Both the position numbers and the translations under genes were made by a program. The notes beneath the pieces are model-generated. The model did not search any database and was not told the origin of the DNA. It saw only the letters and a program-made list of their open reading frames with translations. A stretch of DNA of 62,858 bases, the filler included, from Actinobacteria bacterium UBA7524 (GTDB lineage Bacteria; Actinomycetota; Coriobacteriia; Anaerosomatales; UBA912), in the NCBI GenBank assembly GCA_002478275.1. It is 3 parts of 3 records of this genome, joined end to end, with 100 filler letters (N's around TTAATTAATTAA, not from the genome) between each part and the next. Parts side by side here need not be neighbours in the genome. Positions count along the whole stretch, not along the records: positions 17,428 to 39,657 come from DLMY01000055.1; 2 more parts are not named here. One strand, 5' to 3'. Shown piece by piece: positions 28,850-39,171 of the stretch (positions within the stretch are counted from its first letter, which is position 1; the number at the start of each line of letters is the position of its first letter).

Positions 28850-29554
28850 TCACTCCTCGGCTTGTGGAGGATCGAACCGGTATCCCACTCCGTGAACGGT
28901 GTAGATGAACGTCGGCGAACGCGGCTCGTCGCGCAGCTTGCTCCGCAGGTTCTTGACGTGGCTGTCGATGGTCCGCTCGTACCCCTCGAAGTCGTAGCCG
29001 AGGACCTTCTCCACCAGCTCCATCCTCGTGTACACGCGGCCGGGATAGCGAGAAAGCGTGGTCAGGAGCTTGAACTCGCTCGCCGTCAGATCGAGCTCCT
29101 CCCCGTCGAGGAACACCTTGTGAGCAGCCACGTCGATCTCGAGCGGCCCGTACACGAGCCGGTCACGCTGGGGTTCGACGGTGACGTTGGCGCGCCGCAG
29201 AAGAGCCCGGACCCGGGCCACAAGCTCGCGTGGCGAGAACGGCTTGACGAGGTAGTCGTCGGCGCCGATCTCCAGACCGGTGATGCGGTCTTCCTCCTCG
29301 CCCTTGGCGGTGAGCATGATTATCGGCACGTCCGAGGTGTCGCGGATGGTGCGGCAGACCTCCTCGCCGCTGACCAGCGGCAGCATGAGGTCGAGGACGA
29401 CCAGGTCGAACTGGCGCTTCTCGAACGCGTCGAGGGCGGCTTCGCCGTCAGCGGCACCCGTGACCCAGTACCCTTCCTTCTCAAGGTAGGCCGTGACCGC
29501 CTCCCTGATGGTCTTCTCATCTTCGACCACGAGTATGCGTCGCGTCGCGGCCAT
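28850..29554 (-). CDS. OmpR/PhoB-family response regulator
   Basis: VVEDE, LDLMLP, GADDYLVKPF, RTIDSHVKNLR, TVHGVGYRF. Confidence 0.95.
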   Translation of the reverse strand: MAATRRILVVEDEKTIREAVTAYLEKEGYWVTGAADGEAALDAFEKRQFDLVVLDLMLPLVSGEEVCRTIRDTSDVPIIMLTAKGEEEDRITGLEIGADDYLVKPFSPRELVARVRALLRRANVTVEPQRDRLVYGPLEIDVAAHKVFLDGEELDLTASEFKLLTTLSRYPGRVYTRMELVEKVLGYDFEGYERTIDSHVKNLRSKLRDEPRSPTFIYTVHGVGYRFDPPQAEE

Positions 29555-29643
29555 CTCAGCGCTCCTGACTTGATCCGGGGGCCGGCGTGATCGCCGGGTC
29601 ATAGCCTTACCAGTGTAACGCCCCTTCGCCGAGGAAGGCTTGA

Positions 29644-31119
29644 CTACACCGAAACTCCATTGCCCTCTTGAGGCACGAATTCCACCGTGAACGTAGTTCC
29701 GCCGGCCTCCATGCTCGAGAAGGTGAGCTGGGCGCCGATCACCTCACACAACTCGCGCGCGATGGCGAGGCCGAGCCCGGTGCCCATCGGCTTGCTGTCC
29801 TCGCCCCTGACCTGATAGAAGGCTTCGAAGACTCTCTCATGCTCGGAATCGGGGATGCCCGGACCGGTGTCGATCACCTCGATGACGACCCGTTCACGAC
29901 CGGAGGGCACCCGTACCGTCACCTCGCCTCCCTCCGGCGAGAACTTCACCGCGTTCGACAGCAGATTGCGCACCACCTGGGCGAGCTTGCCGGAGTCGGT
30001 GATGATCCGCTCGACGTCGGACTCGTACTCCAATCGCAGCCTCACCTGAGCACCGCTGGCCTGAGGCTCCATCTCTGCGAGGAGACCTTCGAGCAGCTCG
30101 TCGAGTCGTACCCACTCAACGGTCGCCGGCGCGCGCCCCGCCTCGATGCGTGAGATATCCAGCACATCGTCGACCAGCGCAAGAAGCTGGCGGCCTGAAC
30201 GCTCCACCATCTCGAGTTGCCTGCGCTGCTCTGCGCTCACATCACCAGCGAGGCCTTGGAGGATGATCCCGGTGAATCCGATGATCGAGTTGAGCGGAGT
30301 CCGAAGTTCGTGACTGACGTTCGCCAGAAACGTGCTCTTGGCCGCGTTGGCCTCCTGGAGCTGGTCGTTGAGGCGCATCAGGTCGCGAGTGCGCTGTGAG
30401 ACGATATTCTCCAGGTCGCGGCGGTAGTTCGCCAGGTCTGTGGCGGCGCGGATCCGCTCCGTGAGATCGACGAAGGACAGAACCGCGAACGCCGGGCCTC
30501 CAGACTCCATGCAATCAGCGCTGACGGACAATGCGGTCTCACCGCCGATCCTGCGGACGAAGTGGATAGCGTCCTCGAACGGCGCCCGGTGCGCAAGATC
30601 GCGGAAGCCAAGCGAGGCGTCGATACCATCACCCGCGTCGCGGTGAAGGGGTACCTCCCAAAAGGTCTCGTCGTCTTGCGCTATCGACGGCTCGAGCAGC
30701 TCCCGTGCCCTTTGATTCGAGTAGATTACCTGGCCCTCCGTGCCGACGACGACGATGCCTGCCGGCGCGGCGTTCATGATCGATTCCGTCAGGTCTCGCT
30801 GGCGGCGCAGTAGCCTCTGGGTCTTTATGGCCTCAGCCAGCTGGATCCTACTGCGCATGGAGTACGCGATATACGCGAGCAGGGGCACGAACAGGACTTC
30901 CGCGTAGTCCTCGATCGGGTCGAGTCCGTCCCATATCCGGGAATGCTCCAACACGTTCGACAGCGTGACGAACGCATACAACCCGAGAGTGAGAGCGAGC
31001 ACCACGAAGGCTGCCCGGCCGACCACGGCGCGGCGACGCAGTGCGAGAGCCGCCGAGAAGCCCGCCGCCACAATGAACCCGGCACACGCTACGGCATTGA
31101 GCACAACGACCGGATTCAC
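29644..31119 (-). CDS. Membrane sensor histidine kinase with PAS-like domain
   Basis: 3-TM N-terminus, PAS-like segment, SHELRTPLNSIIGF, NLLSNAVKF, DTGPG, GTGLGL. Confidence 0.92.
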   Translation of the reverse strand: MNPVVVLNAVACAGFIVAAGFSAALALRRRAVVGRAAFVVLALTLGLYAFVTLSNVLEHSRIWDGLDPIEDYAEVLFVPLLAYIAYSMRSRIQLAEAIKTQRLLRRQRDLTESIMNAAPAGIVVVGTEGQVIYSNQRARELLEPSIAQDDETFWEVPLHRDAGDGIDASLGFRDLAHRAPFEDAIHFVRRIGGETALSVSADCMESGGPAFAVLSFVDLTERIRAATDLANYRRDLENIVSQRTRDLMRLNDQLQEANAAKSTFLANVSHELRTPLNSIIGFTGIILQGLAGDVSAEQRRQLEMVERSGRQLLALVDDVLDISRIEAGRAPATVEWVRLDELLEGLLAEMEPQASGAQVRLRLEYESDVERIITDSGKLAQVVRNLLSNAVKFSPEGGEVTVRVPSGRERVVIEVIDTGPGIPDSEHERVFEAFYQVRGEDSKPMGTGLGLAIARELCEVIGAQLTFSSMEAGGTTFTVEFVPQEGNGVSV

Positions 31120-31391
31120 GAGCCCACGTCCCCGTGGGCTTCGAACAGATGGTACGCCCCGATCGCGAACGCGACCCCCGCGACCGCAAGCATCAGATGC
31201 TCCAGCATGTTGAACACATCCGGGGCGACGAAACCCTCGACGACGGTGAACACGTACGTCCCCACCATCGCCAGCAATCCGACACTGAAGTACCGCTTAC
31301 CCGGAACATGGAAGTCACGCATCGTCGCAACCAGGATCGGAATGAATGCGACGCTCAATACGAGATTGACGATCTCGCTCTCAGAGAACAT
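31116..31391 (-). CDS. Small 3-TM membrane protein coupled to the kinase
   Basis: AGGAG RBS then ATG 31391; three hydrophobic helices; GTGA overlap with the kinase start. Confidence 0.75.
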   Translation of the reverse strand: MFSESEIVNLVLSVAFIPILVATMRDFHVPGKRYFSVGLLAMVGTYVFTVVEGFVAPDVFNMLEHLMLAVAGVAFAIGAYHLFEAHGDVGS

Positions 31392-31465
31392 GCGTTGCTC
31401 CTGTGGTATTCGAGCGTTCGGTGCCATTATGCGTCAAACTCGACGGGCGGGCGACGCCGGGTGTT

Positions 31466-32275
31466 TCAGCCTCTTCTGAGCGCCTCGGCCAACGTCGGCG
31501 GCAAACCCACGGCAAGGACGGCCGCCGCGACGGCTTCCACGTCATAAGCCACACGGTGTACCGCGAGAGCCGCCCAAAGGGCACTACGGCCCGCGTGCGC
31601 CGCCGCCGGATCGGCGGCGGCCGCCGCCGCGGTCTCCTCGGCAGACCCGAGTATCAGCTCGACCCAGCAAGCTCTGGGATCCCCGTCCTTGGGCTTACCG
31701 ACAGATCCCGAGCTCACGTAGTGGACGATCGCCTCGGCGCCGTCTGCGGCAGACTGCACCGGAAACGATCGGTGATACGGCACATGGACGTGGCCGACAC
31801 AGATCACGTCGGCGTGCGCTTCGGCCGCCAGACGTGCGAGCTGGGTCTCCGTGCGGTCCGGCAGCAGATACTCGTTGATCTTGCGGGGGCTCCCGTGCGA
31901 GAGCAGCACCCGAACCCCGCTCTCATCCAGTCGGATCTCGCCGGGAAGCGAGGCCAGCCACTCCGCGCGGCCGTCGTCCACGGCGTCCTCCGTGAACGCG
32001 TACGATGCGGCCCCGTCCGAGCGCGCCTGACCGGTCGCGTAGTAGCAGCCGCACTCCCCACGCCTGGTCCCGATCCCTTCGTCGTAGTTGCCGCGCACTA
32101 CAGGTATCCCCCGCTCGCGCAACAGATCGATGACGCCGACCGGGTCCGGGCCGTAGCCGACCAGATCACCGAGACAGTACACGTCGTCCAGTCCCCGGGA
32201 GTCTATATCCGCCAAGACCGCCTCCAGGGCGGGCAGGTTCGCGTGGACGTCCGAGAAGAGTCCGATTCGCCTCAT
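31466..32275 (-). CDS. Calcineurin-like metallophosphoesterase (YfcE/MJ0936-type)
   Basis: SDVHAN, LGDLVGYG, RGNYD, HGSP, GHVHVP, GSVGKP. Confidence 0.92.
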   Translation of the reverse strand: MRRIGLFSDVHANLPALEAVLADIDSRGLDDVYCLGDLVGYGPDPVGVIDLLRERGIPVVRGNYDEGIGTRRGECGCYYATGQARSDGAASYAFTEDAVDDGRAEWLASLPGEIRLDESGVRVLLSHGSPRKINEYLLPDRTETQLARLAAEAHADVICVGHVHVPYHRSFPVQSAADGAEAIVHYVSSGSVGKPKDGDPRACWVELILGSAEETAAAAAADPAAAHAGRSALWAALAVHRVAYDVEAVAAAVLAVGLPPTLAEALRRG

Positions 32276-33111
32276 CGCGCCACTCCTTCCAGCCGCTCTC
32301 GCAAGTCAGCGCGCAACTGCGGCAGGGCCTCCTCGGCGGCGGAACGGCCGAGCGCGACCATCTGATCGACGAGGTCGAAGTCCCACGGCGGCATGCCCGC
32401 GAGCACAGGCGATATCGTGCACTCGGCCTCGGCCTCGTCGAGAGACTGGTTCGACTGGATGAAGATGTCGAACGCCATGAGCAAGACGTCTTTCACGTCT
32501 TCTGGGCGGCGCGTGCCGTCGGGTTCGGGCACGATATCCACCGCGATCACGTAGTCCGCACCCAATTCCCGCGCAGCCCGGACCGGTAGGTTCGCGATGG
32601 CGCCGCCGTCGATGAGCAGGGCCTCGCCGTATTCATCGGGCGGGAACAGCCCCGGCAGCGCCGAGGACGCCGTCACCGCGCGCGCGACCGATCCTTCGCG
32701 CACGAGCACCTCGGCTCCGGTGAGCACATCACAGGTCACCGCCGCGAACGGGACCTCGAGATCGTCGAACTCCCTCTCACCCAGCGAGCGGTCGATGAAG
32801 CGCCGGAGCGGCGTGGTGTCGAGCAGCGCGAGGCGGTTTCCCCACGACAGCCGTGTCAGGTCCGTCCACTTGAGCGTGCGCATGGTCTCGCGCATCTCGC
32901 CGACATCGAGCCCGGCCGCCAGACACGCGCCGATGATCGACCCGACACTGGTACCTGCGATGACATCCGGACGGATGCCCTCGCGCTCCAGTACGTCGAG
33001 CACTCCCAGGTGTGCGGCCCCGCGCACGCCGCCTCCGCCGAGTGCGAGGCCCAGCGTCCGCACGGGTTTGCGCCCGCGATCCTTGCCGCCAAGCCAGTCG
33101 AACAGACCCAT
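32272..33111 (-). CDS. Patatin-like phospholipase
   Basis: GGGGVRG, GTSVG, DGG motifs. Confidence 0.92.
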   Translation of the reverse strand: MGLFDWLGGKDRGRKPVRTLGLALGGGGVRGAAHLGVLDVLEREGIRPDVIAGTSVGSIIGACLAAGLDVGEMRETMRTLKWTDLTRLSWGNRLALLDTTPLRRFIDRSLGEREFDDLEVPFAAVTCDVLTGAEVLVREGSVARAVTASSALPGLFPPDEYGEALLIDGGAIANLPVRAARELGADYVIAVDIVPEPDGTRRPEDVKDVLLMAFDIFIQSNQSLDEAEAECTISPVLAGMPPWDFDLVDQMVALGRSAAEEALPQLRADLRERLEGVAR

Positions 33112-33302
33112 ACTCCGCTCCGATCGTGCCGAGGAGACCGGCCGCCGCTTCAACACCCGATGAACTGTGCCATCCTATCCATACCACTTCGCCTGCCGGT
33201 CGCAACGCGGACGTTAGGCTGTAATGTGGATGCAACGCCGACGCGGCCGTCCGCCGAGCGGTTCCATGCGGGACGGTCCACGTGCGCCGAGGAAGGAAAC
33301 GT

Positions 33303-34874
33303 GTGCTCAATCTCATCGTCTTCACATGCGGAGCGGCGCTCATGGGCCTGGAGATGGCTGCCGCACGGGTACTGGCTCCAGCCCTGGGAAACTCGATCTA
33401 TGTGTGGGGCGCGGTCATCAGCGTCGTCATGATCGCGCTGTCGCTGGGCTACTGGCTCGGTGGCCAGGTCGCCGACCGGTTCGGATCCACGCGAGCGCTG
33501 CCGCTCGCGATCGCCGGTGCGGGACTCGGCACCGTCTCAGTGCCGCTCATCGCCGATGTGACCCTGATGCGCATGGCCGAGTTCGGCCCACGCATCGGTT
33601 CACTGGGCGCCTCGGCGCTCATCTTCTTCGTGCCGGCGCTCCTGCTTGCCACCGTCTCTCCGCTCGGTGTGCGACTCGTGGCCACGCGCGGCCTGGACCA
33701 CATCGGCCGCTCGGCCGGAAGTCTCTACGCCGTCTCGACCGCGGGCAGCATCGCCGGGACGATCGCGACGTCGTTCTGGCTGATCCCGCTGCTCGCGCTC
33801 GAGCCGCTGATCGTCTGGACAGGCGTGTTGCTCTGCGCGACCGCGCTCCTCTCGCTCACGCTTCCAGCGTGGACCGCGCGGGCCGCCGGGCCGGACAGTC
33901 CCGCGATCGCGCTCCCTTCCGGCCGCCGCTCGACGGTGCCCGCCACCGTGACGATCGCTGTAGCGGCGGTTCTCCTCGGCACATGGGTTCTTGCGGAAGT
34001 AGCACCGCCTCCGGCCATCAACGAGCTCGGCGAGCGCGTGCTCTTCCGCGCGGACACGCAGTACCACCGCATCACCGTCACCGAGGACGACGTCGCCCGC
34101 CACCTGCGCTTCGACCGCAGCCACCAGTCCGCCGTGCGCATCGATGACGAGTACGAAAGCGTCATCGACTACCCCGAGTACCTGCACCTCGCGCTCGCCC
34201 TCAACCCCGAGGCGCGCCGCGTCCTGGTGCTGGGCCTGGGCGGCGGGACGGTGAGCAAACGCTTCTGGCGTGACTACCCCGAGGTGCATGTCGATTCCGT
34301 CGAGATCGACCCCGTGGTCGTCGAAGTCGCCGGGAAGTACTTCGGCCTGCCGCAGGACTCACGGTTGCGCGTGTTCAACGAGGACGCCCGGCGCTACGTC
34401 CAGCGCACCGACGAGCGCTACGACATCGTCATCATCGACGCGTACAACGCCGACTCGATGCCGTTCCATCTGACCACCGAGGAGTTCTTCCGCGAAGTGG
34501 ACTCGCTTCTGGAGCCCGGTGGTGTGGTCGCCTACAACATCATCTCGGCCGTCGAAGGCCGCCGCGGCCGGCTGTTCCGCAGCCTCTATCGTACGGCCGA
34601 AGGCGTCTGGCGCGATATCCATGTGTTCCCTGTCGAATTCGCCGCCGTTCCGCAAGTCCACTCGAACCGCAATATCATCATGCTCGCAACGAACCAGGTC
34701 ATACCCGCCGAGGAACTCCAACGCCGCATCCGCGAACGCGTCGACGGGCGCGTGAGCATCAAGCGCTTCCCCGCCTTCGCCGACGACCTCTACACCGGCG
34801 AAGTGACGTTCGAGGAGGCACCGATACTGACCGACGCCCACGCGCCGGTCGACTCGCTGATCGCGATCGACTGA
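33303..34874 (+). CDS. Fused MFS-like membrane domain / spermidine synthase-like SAM-binding protein
   Basis: About 7 TMs followed by VLVLGLGGG, VEIDPVV, EDARRY, YDIVIIDAY, HLTTEEFF; probable GTG start 33303. Confidence 0.9.
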   Translation: MLNLIVFTCGAALMGLEMAAARVLAPALGNSIYVWGAVISVVMIALSLGYWLGGQVADRFGSTRALPLAIAGAGLGTVSVPLIADVTLMRMAEFGPRIGSLGASALIFFVPALLLATVSPLGVRLVATRGLDHIGRSAGSLYAVSTAGSIAGTIATSFWLIPLLALEPLIVWTGVLLCATALLSLTLPAWTARAAGPDSPAIALPSGRRSTVPATVTIAVAAVLLGTWVLAEVAPPPAINELGERVLFRADTQYHRITVTEDDVARHLRFDRSHQSAVRIDDEYESVIDYPEYLHLALALNPEARRVLVLGLGGGTVSKRFWRDYPEVHVDSVEIDPVVVEVAGKYFGLPQDSRLRVFNEDARRYVQRTDERYDIVIIDAYNADSMPFHLTTEEFFREVDSLLEPGGVVAYNIISAVEGRRGRLFRSLYRTAEGVWRDIHVFPVEFAAVPQVHSNRNIIMLATNQVIPAEELQRRIRERVDGRVSIKRFPAFADDLYTGEVTFEEAPILTDAHAPVDSLIAID

Positions 34875-34914
34875 GGGTATTCGAAGAGCTCTCGCTAACT
34901 TTTTCTTGGCCGTG

Positions 34915-34923
34915 TGCTATAGT
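34915..34923 (+). promoter_or_regulatory. Extended -10 promoter (TGCTATAGT) for tracrRNA
   Basis: TGn-TATAGT about 30 nt upstream of the anti-repeat. Confidence 0.6.
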
Positions 34924-34929
34924 CGATTA

Positions 34930-35042
34930 CGCGCTTCGCTGACCAGCTACTCGTACCATTTCGGAGTGTGGCGGGCTTGCTAGGATAAGCGAAAAGCGTA
35001 AGGCTCCGCCCCGGTGGCTTCGGTCGCCGGGGCGTCCTTTTT
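34930..35042 (+). ncRNA. tracrRNA of the type II-C system
   Basis: Anti-repeat 34952-34986 (CGTACCATTTCGGAGTGTGGCGGG-CTT-GCTAGGAT) is complementary to the minus-strand CRISPR repeat. It is followed by a nexus-like segment, a 12-bp UUCG hairpin (35007-35034) and T5. Confidence 0.88.
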
Positions 35043-35117
35043 CTGCACGTCTTTGCCGATGTCAGCCCTCTTTGGCATGCTGTAGGTTCAGTTGATGTCT
35101 GGGGGATGGAGTCCACC

Positions 35118-38100
35118 ATGGGCCTTCACGTCGGTCTCGACATTGGAATCGCTTCGGTAGGTTGGTGCGTCGTCGACGCAGACGCCGGGAAGATCGCAGG
35201 GGCAGGAGTGCGCATCTTCGCGGAGGCAGAAGACCCGAAAACCGGAGCGTCACTCGCACTGCCACGCAGACTAGCCCGATCTGCTCGACGCCGAAATCGA
35301 CGTCGGAAAGAGCGCATGTCTCGCCTTCGAGAACTACTCACGGCGCAAGGCATCCTATCGCCGGACAGTAGCGAAGGAGCCTTCGTGACTCAGACAGGCG
35401 ATCCGACTCCGTACGAATTGCGGGTCGCAGGCCTTGACCGGCGCCTCACCGAACGCGAATGGAGCCGAGTACTCACTCAGATGTGCAAACGCCGAGGATA
35501 CCGTTCGATGCGGATCAGCGAGACCGAAGATGATGAAGCCGGGGCCGTAAAGCAGGCCATTGCGGAGAACGAATCGCTCATGCGAGAGAAAGGCTACCGG
35601 ACTGTCGGCGAGATGCTCCTCAAGGATGAGAAGTTCGCAGAATCGAAGCGCAACAGAGGAGACTACCGGGGCGTGGTATCTCGTGAGCTGCTTCTCGACG
35701 AGATTCACAAGCTGTTCGAAGCCCAAAGAAACCACGGCAGCCCATTTGCCAGCCCCGACTTCGAGGAATCGTATATCGAGACTCTCTCGATGCAGGCTCC
35801 CATCACCGAGGGAGACGCCCTGGCTGCACGCGTAGGTCTCTGCAGCCTGGACCGCACGAACCCCAGGATACCTCTCGCATGCCCGACGTTCGAGCGGTTC
35901 CGAATCCTCGATAAGCTGCACAACATACGCTACACACTCGAGCCAGGAGGTGCACGTCACACGCTTACTCAGGACCAGATGACGGCCGTGTCGAATGAGG
36001 CATTCCGGGCGACCGCACTCAGTCTCACTCACGTTCGCAAGCTGTGCGGACTGCCAGATGAGGCCAGGTTCGTCGGAGTGAGATACGACCCGCGCAGTCC
36101 TGCCGACACAAGCGTGGAGTCCAAAGAGAAGCTCCCCCATCCCAAGAAATGGAATCAGATGCGGAAGGCAGTCTCCGATGTTTCCCCCGACGCATGGGAG
36201 AATCTAGCCGCAGACTTCGAGTTGCTCGACAGCATCGCAACGGTATTGACCTACTATAAGTACCCGGAGAGCGTGGCACGTGAACTCGAGGCCCTGGGCC
36301 TTGAAGCGCCTGTCCGTGATGCTTTGGGGGATTTGCGGTTCTCCGGTCACGCTCACCTATCACGCAACACGTTGCTTGCGATTCTCCCGTACATGGAAGC
36401 AGGGCAGTCATACTCGGAAGCCTGCGCCAGCGCTGGATTCGACCATTCGGCCCCGATGCAGGTGAAGCGCCAGGATAAACTTCCTCCCATACCTCCGGAT
36501 GAGATTCGAAACCCGGTCGTCTTGAGGGCTCTCAGCCAAACCCGGAAAGTCGTCAACGCCATCATCGACACCTGGGGACCAATCGAAGAGCTGCACGTCG
36601 AGCTCGGACGAGAGGTCGCACAAGCCCACGAAGACCGCCAGAAGATCGAAAAGAGCCAGAAGGAGAATCAGGCGCGCAACGAATCCGTCAAAGAGAGTAT
36701 TTGCCAGGAACTACAGGTCAGTGATCCCAGGGGTCACGACATCATCAAGTACAAGCTCTGGACAGAGCAGGACGGCCGGTGTGCGTACTCCGGCAAGCCC
36801 CTCGACCCCACACGCGTACTTCGCGAACCTGGCTATGCCGAGGTCGATCATATTCTCCCGCATGGGCGCTCGTTCGATGACAGCTACATGAACAAAGTTC
36901 TGGTGTCTGCTACCGAAAACCAGCGAAAGCGCCATCGGACACCATACGAATACATGGGCGGCGACCCAGAACGTTGGCATCACTTTGAAGAACTGGTTGC
37001 GTCAATGCACCTGCCTCGCCCGAAGCGAGACCGGCTTCTGCGGAAAGAATTCGACGAACGCGCAGCTGAGGAATTCCGGGAGCGGAATCTCAATGACACC
37101 CGCTACATAGCCCGCTACTTCAAGAACTACGTGGAGTCACACTTGCGCTTCGCCTCAGACAAGAAGCGTCCCGTCATCTGCGTGAACGGTCGGGCCACCG
37201 CATACCTGCGAAAAGCCTGGCAGCTGCACAAGGTCAGGGAAGACGGGGACTTGCACCATGCGCTGGATGCAGCAGTGGTGGCAGTCACGTCTCCGGGCAT
37301 TGTGCAGTCAATCAGTCGCTTCTTCTCCGTCCGGCCCCTCAGGAACCCTAACGGCGTATATGTGGACACGAGTACCGGAGAGATCATCGACGCCAAACAC
37401 GTTCCGGAACCTTGGGAGGGCTTCGCAGATGAGCTACGAACCGTGCTGGAAACGCCCCTGCCACCTGATCCACTCGAGCTGCTGCGTGACCCCGCGAGAG
37501 GACCAGCGCCGATTCTCGTCAGCCGCATGCCGACGCGATCCATTCAGGGACAGGCGCACGAAGAGACTATACGCAGAATCGAAGGTACCGATGAAGCTGG
37601 GCGGATAACCACCAGCAAGCGCGTCCGTCTCGAAGAGATCACCCTGCCGATACTTGACCGCATGGTTGGCAAGAACCAAGACCGCGAGCTGTACCTCGCG
37701 CTGAAAGCACGTCTGGAAGCCCATGGAGGAAAGGCCGCCGCGGCCTTCGCAGAACCGTTCTACAAGCCAACGAAAGCGGGCAGGACCGCTCCACGCGTTC
37801 GTGGCATCCGCGTCCACGTTAATCCAACGAGCGGCGGCACAGAGATCCGTGGCGGGCTGGCCCGCAACGGCAAAATGGTGAGAACAGACGTCTTCGAGAA
37901 GGATGGGCGCTACTACTTGGTTCCCGTGTACCTCAAGGATGTGGCCGCCGGGATCCTTCCAAACCGGGCGATTATCCAAGGCAAGGCGGAGAAGGATTGG
38001 CGTGAGATCGACGATACCTATCGCTTCGTCTTCAGTCTCTACTCGAACGACCTGGTTCGACTGGTCAAGAAACGTGGTGAAGTAGCCGATACTTGGTTCG

Positions 38101-38300
38101 GGTACTTCGTGGGCACGAGCCGTTCGACTGGCTCAATTACGATACGCGCCCACGACAGGACGTGGGAGAGACCCAGCATTGGGGTTGCGCAAGGAGTCAT
38201 GACTTTCGAGAAGCTGGATGTTGACGTCCTGGGACGCTCCGTATACCGGATACACAGGGAGCGGCGCCGTGGCTTTCCGAACGGTCGTGATAGGGAATGA
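35118..38300 (+). CDS. cas9: Type II-C CRISPR endonuclease Cas9 (~1060 aa)
   Basis: RuvC-I GLDIGIASVGW, Arg-rich bridge helix, RuvC-II LHVELGRE, HNH EVDHILP...DDSYMNKVLV...EN, RuvC-III HHALDA. Alternative start at 35106. Confidence 0.98.
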   Translation: MGLHVGLDIGIASVGWCVVDADAGKIAGAGVRIFAEAEDPKTGASLALPRRLARSARRRNRRRKERMSRLRELLTAQGILSPDSSEGAFVTQTGDPTPYELRVAGLDRRLTEREWSRVLTQMCKRRGYRSMRISETEDDEAGAVKQAIAENESLMREKGYRTVGEMLLKDEKFAESKRNRGDYRGVVSRELLLDEIHKLFEAQRNHGSPFASPDFEESYIETLSMQAPITEGDALAARVGLCSLDRTNPRIPLACPTFERFRILDKLHNIRYTLEPGGARHTLTQDQMTAVSNEAFRATALSLTHVRKLCGLPDEARFVGVRYDPRSPADTSVESKEKLPHPKKWNQMRKAVSDVSPDAWENLAADFELLDSIATVLTYYKYPESVARELEALGLEAPVRDALGDLRFSGHAHLSRNTLLAILPYMEAGQSYSEACASAGFDHSAPMQVKRQDKLPPIPPDEIRNPVVLRALSQTRKVVNAIIDTWGPIEELHVELGREVAQAHEDRQKIEKSQKENQARNESVKESICQELQVSDPRGHDIIKYKLWTEQDGRCAYSGKPLDPTRVLREPGYAEVDHILPHGRSFDDSYMNKVLVSATENQRKRHRTPYEYMGGDPERWHHFEELVASMHLPRPKRDRLLRKEFDERAAEEFRERNLNDTRYIARYFKNYVESHLRFASDKKRPVICVNGRATAYLRKAWQLHKVREDGDLHHALDAAVVAVTSPGIVQSISRFFSVRPLRNPNGVYVDTSTGEIIDAKHVPEPWEGFADELRTVLETPLPPDPLELLRDPARGPAPILVSRMPTRSIQGQAHEETIRRIEGTDEAGRITTSKRVRLEEITLPILDRMVGKNQDRELYLALKARLEAHGGKAAAAFAEPFYKPTKAGRTAPRVRGIRVHVNPTSGGTEIRGGLARNGKMVRTDVFEKDGRYYLVPVYLKDVAAGILPNRAIIQGKAEKDWREIDDTYRFVFSLYSNDLVRLVKKRGEVADTWFGYFVGTSRSTGSITIRAHDRTWERPSIGVAQGVMTFEKLDVDVLGRSVYRIHRERRRGFPNGRDRE

Positions 38301-39171
38301 CGCAAGGATACGCGTCCACTCGCGCCAGCTGCTGGTCGAGCAGGACGAGACCCTCGCCATTCCGGCAGAGGACATAGCTGTTCTAGTCTTGGAGCATCCA
38401 CGCATCCGTGTCTCCTGTGCGTCGCTGTCGCTACTCACCTCGCAAGGCGTCGCCGTCGTTACGTGCGACGATGAGCACATGCCGACTGGCATTCTGCTTC
38501 CGTACTGCCAGCACAGCCGCCAATTGTCGGCCGTCAGGAAACAACTCGCGGCGAGTAAACCGCTCAAGAAGCGACTCTGGCAGCGCATCGTTCGCTCAAA
38601 GATAGAAAACCAAGCCCTGTGCCTTGAGGATCTCGAGCGCGACGGGGCATCGCGTCTGCGCGAATACAAATCAGCAGTGACCTCCGGAGACACGACGCAC
38701 GTGGAGGCCGCAGCGGCACGGTACTACTTCCCCCGCCTCATGCCGGGAATCACTCGACACAGTGGACAGGGTCCTGACGCCGCACTCGACTATGGATACG
38801 CCATAGTCCGGGCGGCGATTGCCCGATACCTCGTTGGCTACGGGCTGTACCCGCCGTTCGGTATCCATCACGACGGTCAGCTGAATGCCTTCAATCTCGC
38901 CGATGACCTACTTGAGCCGTTTCGACCGATGGTCGACAGGCGGGTTATCACCGATGGTATCGACGCCTCGACAATTGAAGGGCGCAGGGAGCTTGTTGCC
39001 CTACTTCACGAACCCTGCATGCTGGTCGGCCAACTCAGGACAGTTCTGACTGCAATCGATAGTGCAGCCCAGAGCGTAGTCCGCGCGCTATACCGCAAAG
39101 ACGATGCGCAACTCCTACTGCCCGTTCTCGTCGATGCGACAACGCATGCGCGTGATCGAATGGTGGAATGA
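38269..39171 (+). CDS. cas1: CRISPR integrase Cas1 (type II)
   Basis: IPAEDIAVLVLE, LWQRIVRSKIENQ, EAAAARYYF, ALDYGYAIVR, GIHH, NAFNLADDLLEPFRP; GTG start with AGGGAG RBS inside the cas9 3' end. Confidence 0.96.
   Translation: MAFRTVVIGNDARIRVHSRQLLVEQDETLAIPAEDIAVLVLEHPRIRVSCASLSLLTSQGVAVVTCDDEHMPTGILLPYCQHSRQLSAVRKQLAASKPLKKRLWQRIVRSKIENQALCLEDLERDGASRLREYKSAVTSGDTTHVEAAAARYYFPRLMPGITRHSGQGPDAALDYGYAIVRAAIARYLVGYGLYPPFGIHHDGQLNAFNLADDLLEPFRPMVDRRVITDGIDASTIEGRRELVALLHEPCMLVGQLRTVLTAIDSAAQSVVRALYRKDDAQLLLPVLVDATTHARDRMVE

Noticed and set aside
34930..35110. Long-form tracrRNA acting as a natural single guide repressing the cas9 promoter
   Set aside because: The 5' extension is short, contains no repeat-like segment to pair with the anti-repeat, and shows no evident match to the cas9 promoter.
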